Origin: Octopus bimaculoides
Lineage: Eukaryota
Length of the DNA: 64,000 nt
Assembly (NCBI RefSeq): GCF_001194135.2
Contig: NC_068982.1
Location: 168,889,057 to 168,953,056, forward strand
Direction: 5' to 3'
In this document: positions 52,315 to 64,000 of the stretch, piece after piece
Layout: each line of letters opens with the position of its first letter
How positions within the stretch are numbered: position 1 is the stretch's first letter
Made by a program: the position numbers and the translations under genes
The notes under the pieces: model-generated
What the model saw: the letters and a program-made list of their open reading frames with translations, nothing else
The model's database searches: none
What the model was told of the DNA's origin: nothing

Positions 52315-54163
52315 TTTATTTGGTGACTATTTCTAATAAGTTGGATGACCGCATATAGACTCTCTCATTGGCACCAGGACTGCTGTTGCAGTCAGTGAGA
52401 AACAATGGCCAAATCTCCCTCAAATCTTATTTATTACATTAGTGAATGATACTAACTTGACCTAATAATTTAGAGCAAAGAAATCTTGGATGATGGGTAT
52501 TAAGTACCTTAGCTACAGCAATGATCACGTTGCTGTAATCACGATTGACATAGATTTGACAACCAGATACAAATCACTGCACTCTCGAGTTGACTAATAG
52601 CTCACTGAATATGCCATGCTTCATTTTTGTTCCGGAAGATGCTGCCTCATTCTTTATGCAGTGTTTCAGAAGTGCATAGTAAAATGCGAAATTGTGGAAT
52701 CTTTCTGTCTGATGTGTTAACCAGATAATTTAGGTTTGTCTTGTCTCTGTGGATATGTGCAGTAGAATTCAAGGAAGTCGACTCAGTTAGCATGTGGTAC
52801 TACTGAATCCTGTAAACTATTAGAATAAGATAGGAATCCAACAGAGTATATGGAGCTGAAATGGAGGAGGGTCTCAATTGGTTTTACTGTTTGTATGTTT
52901 TTGTTTCTTCGTATAAGAGATAAAATTCCATATTTTGCGTATGTCATTAGTACAATACCTGCACATTAGTTTATTTGTATTCATGCTATTGACTTACTTC
53001 AGTTACCTCCCTTCGTTCGTTTTATGCTTGCTTGTTTTGTTTTGTTCTGTTTTTTTTTTGTTTCTGCTTTTTATCTGTTAGAGTATTTTTTTAAGATGAC
53101 ATTTAAAGTATCTTTCTGTTGTATATTAATGTACCGAAGGATTTCAGTACAATTACACATGTTGCCGAGAGAGAGGTGACCGACTTCAGTCATGAATTGT
53201 CCGGCTGGTCTTTGAGTAAAACTAAGTATCTTGGTTGTCATGTAGGCGGCAATGCAAATTTCAATTTACTTCAATTTATTCTTCATACCGATGATATTTG
53301 GTTTTATTCTATAGCCTACAGAGAATGGGTTCCGCCCAGTCGACTTTAACATGAAGGTAATATTTTTAATGTTACCATCAATCTAGGGATAACGAGAAAT
53401 TTGAGCGTGTTTCTCAAGAGCAGAAAACCTTAAAAAATGTTATATATTTTTTGTCCTTATTTTTGTTACTTTTGTATATAAGTTTAGGGGTGTGTATCAA
53501 ACTCAGTGTATATGTATGCTGTTATGATAATAAAACTGTTATGATAATAAAACTGGTACTTTAGAAAGCATTACCTGTTTTGCTTTTGTTGTTTTTCAAT
53601 CGATTGCAAGAAGACTATTTAGTGTCACAGATAGAGTAGTGCAGTTCATGATACACTTAATGTACTGCTGCTTAAATCGTTCCAAGTAGTGCAGCTGTTT
53701 CTTTCCTCACTGTTTCTTTGTCGTTGGTTTCCTTTTTATGATTGGTTACGTGATCACCGATCGCATAAACTAACTTTTCTGTCTGTAGTCGAGAGATGAT
53801 ATTTTACTGGAAGCGTTCTGCTGCTTCTCTTGGAGGAAACAAATTTATAACCACCGATTTTGCCATAACCAATGCAACATTGACATTGTATAAATGTTTA
53901 AACGCTCTTCTTACTTATGGAACATCTGCTAATTCCCTAAACAACATACCTAACTAGCGAAATATAATTCTCTCATTATCATTTTTACCACTGCGAACAT
54001 TATCATTATCAACTCTATTACTACATTACCATACTTATACACTACTGCTACATAATTGTTACTATTATTGTAATCTGCACGACTTCCAGTGTATTTTTGT
54101 TTTTGATTCTATTATCGCTGTTATTATTGCCATTCTATAAGTAGTCTTTTATGTATCCAACAG

Positions 54164-54296
54164 GGGTTGATCGTGTCCGCAAAAACACAGCGATATTTAT
54201 GCATAATATATTCATTTCCAAAGCTCCTAGAGTTACAGATGCCTTAAAAAACAGTGGGGTTCTGTCAATTACTGCCACCAAAGAATTGTCGAAAAG
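54164..54296 (+). CDS. Animal heme peroxidase, propeptide exon
   Basis: ccaacag|(G)VDRVRKNTAIFMHNIFISKAPRVTDALKNSGVLSITATKELSK-R|gtaaat. 133 nt, phase 1 in and phase 2 out, exactly bridging the 47209 and 60209 exons. Confidence 0.78.
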
Positions 54297-54704
54297 GTAA
54301 ATATGAAAACCTTGCCATTTATTTTTTATTTACTTCTTTATATATACGATTAATTATTTACTCAGTCGCCATGATTAAAAGTGATGACTTATCGATTCAT
54401 AAGTGTTTCATAGTACTGATATCTTCTGTGTGTAAGGTCGTCTTGTTTTAGAATAGCGTTGTCGTAATTATAGTAATTAACTGACGTGTTTTTAATGTAT
54501 CTAGGTGTATGATTATAGCTATTTGGTCTATGATTGCAGCGGAAATTAATGAAATAGAGTTAGTCGATGCATTACAATCTCGATGTATTTAAAGGATTTG
54601 GCAAGCCAACATAGTGTTCGAGCTTAAATATTAAAACGGTGTTGGAACATAGTGTATTTGATGTATTTAGTGTGGGTGGGAGCTAATGGAAATTGAGAGA
54701 GAGG

Positions 54705-54779
<75 letters not shown>

Positions 54780-54780
54780 G

Positions 54781-54834
<54 letters not shown>

Positions 54835-55684
54835 GCTTTAGTTTTATGATGACATTATAAAAGAGCTCTGATGTACTTTCATGTGTCAAGATACTTGCTG
54901 ATAGTTAAACATGTTGATGTTGAAGGTTAATTAGAGGCACACGAAAAATGCTTTTAAAAACCATACTCAAAGACACAACGAAGAGCTGTCTAAGAAATGT
55001 GATCACTTGACAAAAATACATTCAGTCAAAAGAAAAGTACACGTAGATTTCTAACAACTGACTTACTGTATGGCGTGACAGCACAATACGTTGACTGCGG
55101 GGGTGGTTGTTTTATATTCGCCATGTTGGATATCGTTGATATTAATATCAAGATTCTTGTGTCAGGAAATGTATTTTCGTTTCTCTTGCCGATATGTTAT
55201 CTGTTGGAATTTTAATTATTTTATTATTTAAGTGACCCTTCAAAATAATATCCTGAGTGAAGGAAGATATTTTAATTATTTTAATTATCTTGTCATTGTA
55301 AAGACTTGTGTTTTATAATATTGTCCCCTTTAATGTTTTGGCTATTTTTATTTGTATTGCTATTATTGACATTACCAGTACTATCATTAATATCATAATT
55401 TTCTTTTGTAGTTAAGTGATATTGATATTTTAAGTAATAGGTGACTGCAGGCGGACAATCAGCACAATTTACAGAATGCTGGATAAAATTGTTCACATAA
55501 TTTCGAGCTCGCTACAATCAGATATCAAATCCCGTTGAGATTGAATCATAATTTCATATTTTGGGGTCAATAAATGAATCCCCAGTCAGGAATGATGCAT
55601 TGGCGAAATATTAGAGTGTCCAAATAGATGGTATGCAGTATCTGTTCTGGCTTAGCGTTCTAAGTTCAAATTTGGGTTCTGTGT

Positions 55685-56082
55685 TGTTCGTCCGTCGGAA
55701 CGACGAGGACCATCTGATCATCCTGGGGAGGTCATCATCGGTGAGTGCGGAGAAGGCTGATAAACCCAATCCGCGCTTAGAAAGATCTGCTGCAGTAGGG
55801 ACAGGGGATGGTAGCAGGGGCCGGGGGCTTCAAAGCATTGTTCTTTCTGTTCTGCCTGCGCTTCTCTGCAGCAGCTTTCTTGTTACTTTCATGTTGGCGG
55901 GGCACCGTTGTGAACAGCGGCCCGCCACTTGGTCCTATCTAAAGTTGTCTGCCTCCCATGATGACGTGTCAATGCTGAAGGTCTTCAGTGATACCTTTAG
56001 GCTGTCTTTAAACCGTTTCCTCTGGCCGTCATGGGAGCGCTTGCCGTGCTGGAGCTCACCAAACAGAAGCTTCTTGGGTATT
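55685..56082 (-). mobile_element. RTE-clade LINE 3' fragment
   Basis: RIPKKLLFGELQHGKRSHDGQRKRFKDSLK...CPYCSRSF*ARIGFISLLRTH, with 3' UTR ATGGTCCTCGTCGTTCCGACGGACGAAC. Confidence 0.88.
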
Positions 56083-57111
56083 CTGTAGTTCTAATGCAGT
56101 GAGAGAAGGCAGCAAGGTAGTCCACGGCAGACTGTGAAACCGACATCTCTCTGCCATCAGACAGGCCAACCATCGTTTCGATACAGTTGTACCATGTATA
56201 ACAGGGGATTTGAAGACCAAGCCTAGATTATATCTTTGGCAGCAGGTATGCAAATGCAGTAAGGGTAATAGACGACGTTGTGACATTTCGCGCATGTTAC
56301 CAAAAATTGAAATATATTTGATGCAATTCTCGACAAACTGATATTCTAGCACTATAAGTTCTAGGGATTACTAACAAAACAGTTGGTGCTACGCTAGTTT
56401 ATTATGCATCAAAGTATCTACTTCGATATAAGCAGTAGAAGCAGATGCCTACGAGCTGAGCAATAGCTCCTGATGCTAATAAAAAGAATGTCCACACTAT
56501 CATATGAAAGAAGTTTGGATACATTTTGACATTTTCTCTCGACATACTTTCATTTTCACACAACAGAGTCGTCTTATTTCCTAACTCATTATTTTTTCCT
56601 TTAAATAACTTGTTCGTTTTTGTCTTCAGCTTCAACCATTCCTACGCCTTAGTGACCAATTAAATTTAACACATCCTTCGTGTTGAATTCTTTATTCTTG
56701 ACACGCATTTCAAAGGCTAACTTCGTGCACTGTCACAGTTTCTTAAGCTTCTTTTAAATATTTTATCTCTGCAAAACGTCATATCAACAATCCACAGCTG
56801 CTACTAGAAATTATTCTCTAAAATTAAATGCGATCATCCATAAAAGCAAGTAACAAAATACTGCAAGGTATTTTGTCCGCCATTATACACATTCAGCTAC
56901 TTCAAAATTATTATTACTATTTAGTGAGAGAGCCGTGCGTGCCATCAAAGTGACACTGGGGTAAAATATACGAAGCTCAATATACATAACTACCCGCCTG
57001 ATAAGGGAACACCAGACATGCATCACAAGTATTATTATCATCATCATCATCATTATCATCATTATTATTATTATTATTATCATCATCATCATTATTATTA
57101 TTATTATTATA

Positions 57112-57173
<62 letters not shown>

Positions 57174-57384
57174 GGCGGCGAGCTGGAATAATCGTTAGCA
57201 TTCCTGGCGAAATGCTTAGCGGTATTTCGTCTGTCGCTACATTCTGAGTTCAAATTCCGCCGAGGTCGACTTTGCCTTTCATCCTTTCGGGGTCGATAAA
57301 TTAAGTACCAGCTGAGTACTGAGGTCGATGTTATTGACTATCCCCTTCCCCCAAATTTCAAGCCTTGTGCCTGTAGTAGAAACG
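57174..57384 (+). mobile_element. SINE family B, complete, embedded in (ATT)n
   Basis: GGCGGCGAGCTGG...GAGTTCAAATTCCGCCGAGG...GCCTTGTGCCTGTAGTAGAAACG with more than 100 bp of (ATT)n on both sides. Confidence 0.9.
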
Positions 57385-57397
57385 ATTATTATTATTA

Positions 57398-57455
<58 letters not shown>

Positions 57456-57481
57456 CATCATCATCATTATTATTATTATTA

Positions 57482-57524
<43 letters not shown>

Positions 57525-57729
57525 CAAAGCGGATTCCTCTTTCTTATTACAAAGTACTCTGTACTTTGCACTTTCCGCAGATTTGTCTATCTTTGCCTAA
57601 ACGATGTTCGTCCGCTATGACTGGCTTTGAGCAGCCATTATGAGTCCGGTTTCTTCCTTAAGTCCTCCACCCTTTACCCAAACTTATCCCCACCTTTCTC
57701 TCTCTCCCCCTTCTCTCTCTCTCTTTCTT

Positions 57730-57776
<47 letters not shown>

Positions 57777-57849
57777 CTGATCTCTTCAATTTTCATTTGT
57801 TCTCTAACCTGAGAACACTATGATCATAAACGGTTTTTTTTCTTTTTCA

Positions 57850-58480
57850 AACGCTGCTGCTATTCGCTGTTCATATCGCCTTTTCTCTTTCCTCTATATT
57901 TGCTTTGAGAATATATCTTCGTATGTTAGCTAGTTTATTAGGGTTCATTGCTGTATCCAAATCTTTATTTAGGTTATTTTTCTTCCATATTTTATATGTA
58001 TATGTTGTTGAGTTTTCGTTCTTTGGGTAGAGCACTGCTGTAAAATAAGCGTGTAGGATTGAAATATATTCCTCACGTGTCCATTTATGCCGTTTTGGTT
58101 TTATTTGCGAGACATGAGGAACAACGTCCGGCCCTTTATTTTGACGGTCATCATTTTCGTAGGGTACCGGTCCATTCATTTTTGTTGTCAGATTGTTTTG
58201 CATGTGCAGCTCTTCGTACTTTTTGCGTAACAAGTTTAGAGTACGCACTTCCCGATTGTTATTCTTGGGTTGAATAATTCCTGTATTACTTAATTTATTT
58301 GTAATTTTTTTGTACATGGTGTTTGGGGCCGGAGATGATCCGGTGTTGATGGATTGTAATGCATCAAGCGTGTTTACATGTGCTGTGCGAGCAGTGAAGA
58401 TAATATCCAGTTAAAATACATCATTTCATTTGAAGAATAGAAATAAATTTCAATGAGTATTACTTACTCGGATATAGTCC
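57850..58480 (-). mobile_element. R4/Dong-type element, 5' (N-terminal) fragment
   Basis: ORF 57871-58317 with KRHKWTREEYISILHAYF...YKIWKK...NKLANIRRYILK resembles the N-terminal domain of RLE-clade elements. Confidence 0.6.
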
Positions 58481-58599
58481 AACCCTTTGCCAGCTATTTT
58501 TGACTCCATGCGATGTCTTTATTTCCGATGTTTTTGGATAAATTTCGGAGCAGTGTTTTATCGCTCTCACATCTTATTATTTATTGTCTTTGCACAGCT

Positions 58600-59091
58600 T
58601 CTAACACTGAAGATGTACTACGATGCCAGCTGTTCACTACCAGTGAACTAAGGTAACACCCCTTGTTTTTCGAGCACTATCTGAAGTATTCGAACGGTTC
58701 CATGCAGTGCTGTTTTCTGCAGGTGCTCCACCCTTATTGCAGCCCCTATTTGTTCTATGTACTTCTCAAGATTTTTACTCACTGTTCCCACCTTTTTCGG
58801 CGATCACAACTGCTTAACCTCCCAAGCTAACCTATCATATCTATCGACTTTTCTTTCTTCATTATTGTCGCATACCTTGTTGTCAGCTGGGCATGCTATA
58901 TCTATGATCCAGCATCGTTTGCTTTCTTTCTCAGTTAATACTACGTTTGGCTTCCTACGCTCTATCTCATGGTCACACTGAATCATAAAATCCCATAGAA
59001 TCTTTGCATTATCATTTTTGATGATGCCTTCGGGTTTATGTTCGTACCACTTCATTACTGTCGAGTCCATACTTGTTGCAAAGTGTCCAAT

Positions 59092-59092
<1 letters not shown>
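58600..59092 (-). mobile_element. R4/Dong-type element, 3' RLE fragment
   Basis: WYEHKPE...ILWDFMIQCDHEIERRKPNVV...WIIDIACPAD...KVDRYDRLAWEV. 5' end lies in (AAT)n. Confidence 0.88.
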
Positions 59093-59153
<61 letters not shown>

Positions 59154-60127
59154 GTTCAGTAGTTTTATTTTTATAACGTGCTTTCACTTCACTACCGAGC
59201 GCAGCTCTGTGTGCCTTGGGTATGTGCTGTGGTTTGCTGTGATGCTCTTATGGTTATTGTATTGAAAGTGTTTTGCGTAGGATATGTGCAGTGCCCAGTA
59301 GTGCAATTTTCTGTATGTTATATATATTTGTAAGTCCTGGTGTTTTTGTTATGTATTTGTCTGAATATTTTTTTATTATACCTAAGGCACCTACTATGAT
59401 AGGAATTGTTTCTGTTNNNNNNNNNNNNNNNNNNNNNNNNNNNNNNNNNNNNNNNNNNNNNNNNNNNNNNNNNNNNNNNNNNNNNNNNNNNNNNNNNNNN
59501 NNNNNNNNNNNNNNNNNNNNNNNNNNNNNNNNNNNNNNNNNNNNNNNNNNNNNNNNNNNNNNNNNNNNNNNNNNNNNNNNNNNNNNNNNNNNNNNNNNNN
59601 NNNNNNNNNNNNNNNNNNNNNNNNNNNNNNNNNNNNNNNNNNNNNNNNNNNNNNNNNNNNNNNNNNNNNNNNNNNNNNNNNNNNNNNNNNNNNNNNNNNN
59701 NNNNNNNNNNNNNNNNNNNNNNNNNNNNNNNNNNNNNNNNNNNNNNNNNNNNNNNNNNNNNNNNNNNNNNNNNNNNNNNNNNNNNNNNNNNNNNNNNNNN
59801 NNNNNNNNNNNNNNNNNNNNNNNNNNNNNNNNNNNNNNNNNNNNNNNNNNNNNNNNNNNNNNNNNNNNNNNNNNNNNNNNNNNNNNNNNNNNNNNNNNNN
59901 NNNNNNNNNNNNNNNNNNNNNNTTATATGTTTTTGGTAATTTCTGGTTGGGAGGCTTTGGTCTTGTGCAGCAATTAAAAATCCTTCGGTCTCTGCTTTGA
60001 GTCCTGAGCTTCTCAACCATTGCTGGGATTTTTCACTGTCTATTTCTTTTGCATTTAGTTTAGCCCAGTATTTACCATGTAGGGGCTTTTCTTGCCATCG
60101 TTTTATCATGGTCCGTTGCTGTTCTAG
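59154..60127 (-). mobile_element. R4/Dong-type element, 5'-truncated, flanked by (AAT)n on both sides (gap inside)
   Basis: [10 protein letters not shown]...[28 protein letters not shown], then after the gap IPIIVGALG...IALLGTAHILRKTLS. The 3' UTR is homologous to 49780-49850. Confidence 0.9.
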
Positions 60128-60139
60128 TTATTATTATTA

Positions 60140-60191
<52 letters not shown>

Positions 60192-60208
60192 TATTATTAT
60201 TACTATAG

Positions 60209-60417
60209 GCTTGGTCTTACCAAAAAGGAGCTGAGCATACTTCCAGAACTAAGTGATGTTCCACAGCCTGAATTTCGCTGTCCATTCCGTACTCCTCGAT
60301 GTAATCCTAACTCTAAATTCAGAGAGGCTGATGGTTCTTGCAACAATCTGCAGAGACCTTTGTGGGGCAAAGCTGGTATGCCATTGAAGCGATTCCTTTC
60401 ACCGTGGTATGATGACG
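60209..60417 (+). CDS. Animal heme peroxidase (peroxinectin/chorion-peroxidase-like), start of catalytic domain
   Basis: tatag|(R)LGLTKKELSILPELSDVPQPEFRCPFRTPRCNPNSKFREADGSCNNLQRPLWGKAGMPLKRFLSPWYDD-G|gtaaat carries the C..KFR.ADGSCNNL..P.WG signature. Confidence 0.93.
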
Positions 60418-60997
60418 GTAAATCCTTTTTTAATTCCCAAAAATTTATCAAAATCCCTTTGAATTCTCAATTTTATTAATATTTTATTTCAAAAAAATTA
60501 TGTGTACTAGCGTAACCCATGAATATTTCATGGATAAACCTATTGGGCTATTTCTGAAAATTTTATCTAAAAAGCCTGAAAGCGTAGCCTGCATTGTGTC
60601 TGTATGGAAAGATAGTCACTTATCTGTTATTCATTGAAAAGTGAAAGAAATTGAAATACGATGATTACTTAATGCACTTTATATATACACTTTATGCACA
60701 ATTTTATAGACTTAATGCACAGCACTCATAAAATCTTTACTCTTATTTTTCTATTTTTTCCCGTAAACAAAAACAATATCCCGCACATATGATACAACAT
60801 TTAATTAAATTGCATATATGTGCATATAAGTAAATAAGCGTGAATATTTCACAGAATTGCACATGTGCGCATGCGTTAAGTGATAGGTGATATAAAAAAA
60901 ACAGTTAAATTTTAAAAAATACACTTTTCATTATTCACTCAGCACCACCACCGCCACCATCATCATCACCTCGCTCTCCCCTTCTCTCTCTTTCCCT

Positions 60998-61035
<38 letters not shown>

Positions 61036-61849
61036 TTCNNNNNNNNNNNNNNNNNNNNNNNNNNNNNNNNNNNNNNNNNNNNNNNNNNNNNNNNNNNNNN
61101 NNNNNNNNNNNNNNNNNNNNNNNNNNNNNNNNNNNNNNNNNNNNNNNNNNNNNNNNNNNNNNNNNNNNNNNNNNNNNNNNNNNNNNNNNNNNNNNNNNNN
61201 NNNNNNNNNNNNNNNNNNNNNNNNNNNNNNNNNNNNNNNNNNNNNNNNNNNNNNNNNNNNNNNNNNNNNNNNNNNNNNNNNNNNNTAACTCTCCTCCTCT
61301 ACCTTAAACTAACTTTTTTGACCAAGTAATAATATTACGTTCCCCCTACCTCAAGTCATGAACTCTTCTCCCTCCCTCCTTTTCTTTCTCCCTCTTTTTA
61401 TTTAACTCTTCCCCTTCCCCCTCTTTTTCTCTCTTTCTTTCTCCTCTCTTTCCGTTCAACTAATCGCGTGAAACCGTTACAATTACATTCCCTCTACCTC
61501 ACGTCATGGACGCTTCTCTCTCCCTCTTTTTCTCTCTCTCTCTTTTCTTTCTCCCTCTTTTTCTCTAATCACGTGAAAGCGTTACCAACGGGCTAAGTAA
61601 CGCAATGACAAGCAGAATTATTATAAGATGTGTGTGCGTATGAGAGAGAGAGGGAGACAGACAGAGAGGGATACACATACAGAGATCGTGTGTGCGCGCA
61701 CGCATCTGTGTATGTTTTCATTTCTTTGAGATCGTCTCGTGGAACAAACATGTTAGCTGCAGAAGATTAAATCCAAACGTTATCAGTTTATCAGCCAAGA
61801 GGGTAATCCGTTTATATGCTACCACCAAGCACATAGTGAAGGTGGAAGG

Positions 61850-62560
61850 ATTTCTCCATGGGGGCCTTACACAGTCAGTATGGCTGAAAAGTAGAGAAAA
61901 AGAGAATTGTAAAAAGTTTGTAGAGATCTTTTTGGCAAGAGTTCAATAGGATTGACTGCGGTTTGAGATGCGACAAACTTGAAAGGCGTTTGATACTTGG
62001 ATGCAGTTTTTGTTGTCCGGAGAAAGGTCTAGAAACAATTGCAGCCTTGGTCATACACCGCCCAGTTTCTCCAATCATTGTGAGCCTTATTTTGTACCTG
62101 AACAGCTGCGGCGCAGTTATGAGTGAGCTACTTGGAGCAGGGGGCATTATGTTTTATTGTGTAGGGAGATATTTTAATGGTCCCGGTGTTTGGCACATTG
62201 GTTCCCAAGGACAGTTAGCTTAACTAGCAGAATTCCGACCAATAAGTTGACTTAAATTAGTGTAAGTTTTGTAGGTAGAAGCATAGGTTAGTAAGCGGAT
62301 GTGTGATGGGTAGTCGCGATGCGATAATAGTCAGACGACCCGATAGGCACAAACAGCCACGGCCCGAATGCGGTTAGATCTAGAGGGGAGAAATAGATCA
62401 AGGGTGTTTGAAGTGTTTTGTATATTGGCTAGGATTGTGTTTAGAAAATGAAACAAGTTGATATAGAGAGTTGAAGCATAAAAACGATTCGGTTTCTGCA
62501 CTTGCGGTCTTGTGGTATATGTATGAATCTCAGAGGGCCTGTAAAAGCATGGACACTGCC
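61850..62560 (-). mobile_element. Heavily degraded Penelope-like relic
   Basis: Minus frames contain TILANIQNTSNTLDLFLP, MIGETGRCMTK and FFSTFQPY*L, reminiscent of the PLE linker and GIY-YIG region. Confidence 0.4.
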
Positions 62561-63168
62561 GCTCTCTCCAAATCCAACAATTAAAAGAGATTAGAAATAG
62601 ATTATTGTAAAGTCGTTGTCATGTCTCGTGTTTGCTACATGTCTATGTATTTTCTTATTTATTTTCACTTCGAAGTGTCTCTATGTTGCCCAGAAGGTAT
62701 TGCAGCCTTCTCCTTCGTATCTATAAATATATCTAGACTTTGCAATGACTAGGCAGCCATAAATGAGATAGCCAACTGTCTCATTATATTAGTCGCATAG
62801 TCTTTACTTGATTTTAGTATCATTTTTTTTTATTTATATATTATTTATTATTTCATATCTGTCGTTTTTCGTGGCTCGGATTTGGTCCTGTGCAAAAAAA
62901 ATCAAGTTTTAGCTAAAGTATTTGATTCATTGTTAGATTTTCTTCTGGCTTACTTCCTCTCTGCCGAATCTTGCAGGATGTTGGTCATGTAATAGTTTTT
63001 CTCTCTATTTTGGTCACAGAATATTTTTTAATTCCATTTTCATTTTGTTCGTTTTTTTATCTTTTTCTATTGTTATCTAAATCTTTTTATTCACGGTAGT
63101 TAGTCTCTAGCTCGTACTATAATTCTTCTTTGTATAGAGAGAAAAAATTACTTCTTCTTCTTCTTCTA

Positions 63169-63266
<98 letters not shown>

Positions 63267-63506
63267 GGCGGTGAGCCGACAGAATCGTTAGCATACCGGG
63301 CAAAATGCTTGGCGTCATTTCGTCCGTTCTTACATTCTGAGTTCAAATTTCGCCGAGGTCGACTTTGCATTTCATCTTTTCGGAGTTGATAAATTAAGTA
63401 CCAGACAAACATTGGGGCCGATGTAATCGACTAGTCCCTTGCCACCAAATTTCAGGTCTTGTGCCTTTTGTAGAAAGGATTATTATTATTATTATTATTA
63501 TTATTA
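63267..63506 (+). mobile_element. SINE family B, complete, embedded in (ATT)n
   Basis: Same body as 57174-57384, with (ATT)n on both sides. Confidence 0.88.
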
Positions 63507-63644
63507 TGTTGTTGTTTTTTTCTTCTTTCTTCAAATTTTCTTCCATTTCTCGCCGAGTGTTTTCCGTACACCTAGGGCAGAGAAACTCGTTGTATGCATT
63601 CCCAGTTCACACACGCAAATTCACAGGTAAAACATGTACTTAAG

Positions 63645-64000
63645 AAAAAAGAAGTTCATGAATGGATGTTGTTTTCACAGCGATAATGCTCTTTTCAATA
63701 CATGAGTCGTTCCGGTTAGCACGAATTTTTGCACTTCAGGTATCATTTTCAAATAGGTTTCAGTACCTTTTTTTTATCATTCCTAGAGATCTTACAATCA
63801 CTGGTATGGTAGTCGCCTTGAGGTGCCACATTTTTTTCAATTTCTATTAGCAAGTCTTTATATTTACTGATCTTGTCAAATTCTTTCGCCGCTATATTAT
63901 GATCAGAGGGAATACTCATGTCAATTAATAAACACGTCTTCTTTGTCTGATCTTTTATAATAATATCCGGTTTATTAGCTTTTATAGCCTTGTCAGTATG
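63645..64000 (-). mobile_element. R4/Dong-type element, RLE 3' end (continues past window edge)
   Basis: LFIDMSIPSDHNIAAKEFDKISKYKDLLIEIEKMWHLKATTIPVIVRSLGMIKK. Confidence 0.85.

Noticed and set aside
61300-61600. Two imperfect ~130-bp direct repeats (CTACCTCA.GTCATG.AC.CTTCTC; CTAATC.CGTGAAA.CGTTAC)
   Set aside because: They are CT-rich, follow a gap and are probably internal subrepeats of an unclassified non-autonomous element. No termini could be defined.

Overview
AT-rich eukaryotic genomic DNA with many N gaps, microsatellites and transposon relics. The repeat families and gene structure suggest a cephalopod, probably Octopus (inference, not verified). Two spliced genes can be reconstructed by hand. 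(1) Minus strand: exons 1-2 of an acid-sphingomyelinase-like phosphodiesterase (SMPDL3-type; 2919-3063 and 664-862); exon 2 ends at a GC donor and the gene runs off the left edge. (2) Plus strand: three phase-compatible exons of a secreted animal heme peroxidase (47209-47477, 54164-54296, 60209-60417); the gene runs off the right edge. The rest is tRNA-derived SINEs, Penelope-like elements, R4/Dong-type and RTE LINEs, a CR1-type RT relic, mariner and hAT relics, MITEs and fold-back elements, and U6 snRNA pseudogenes. The most striking unannotated signal is a canonical minimal type I hammerhead ribozyme in a 350-bp repeat unit that is duplicated as a ~760-bp palindrome, giving one ribozyme on each strand (35665-36486, retrozyme-like). 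Nearly all ORFs in the supplied track are gap or microsatellite artefacts. Repeat boundaries are approximate, read by eye.
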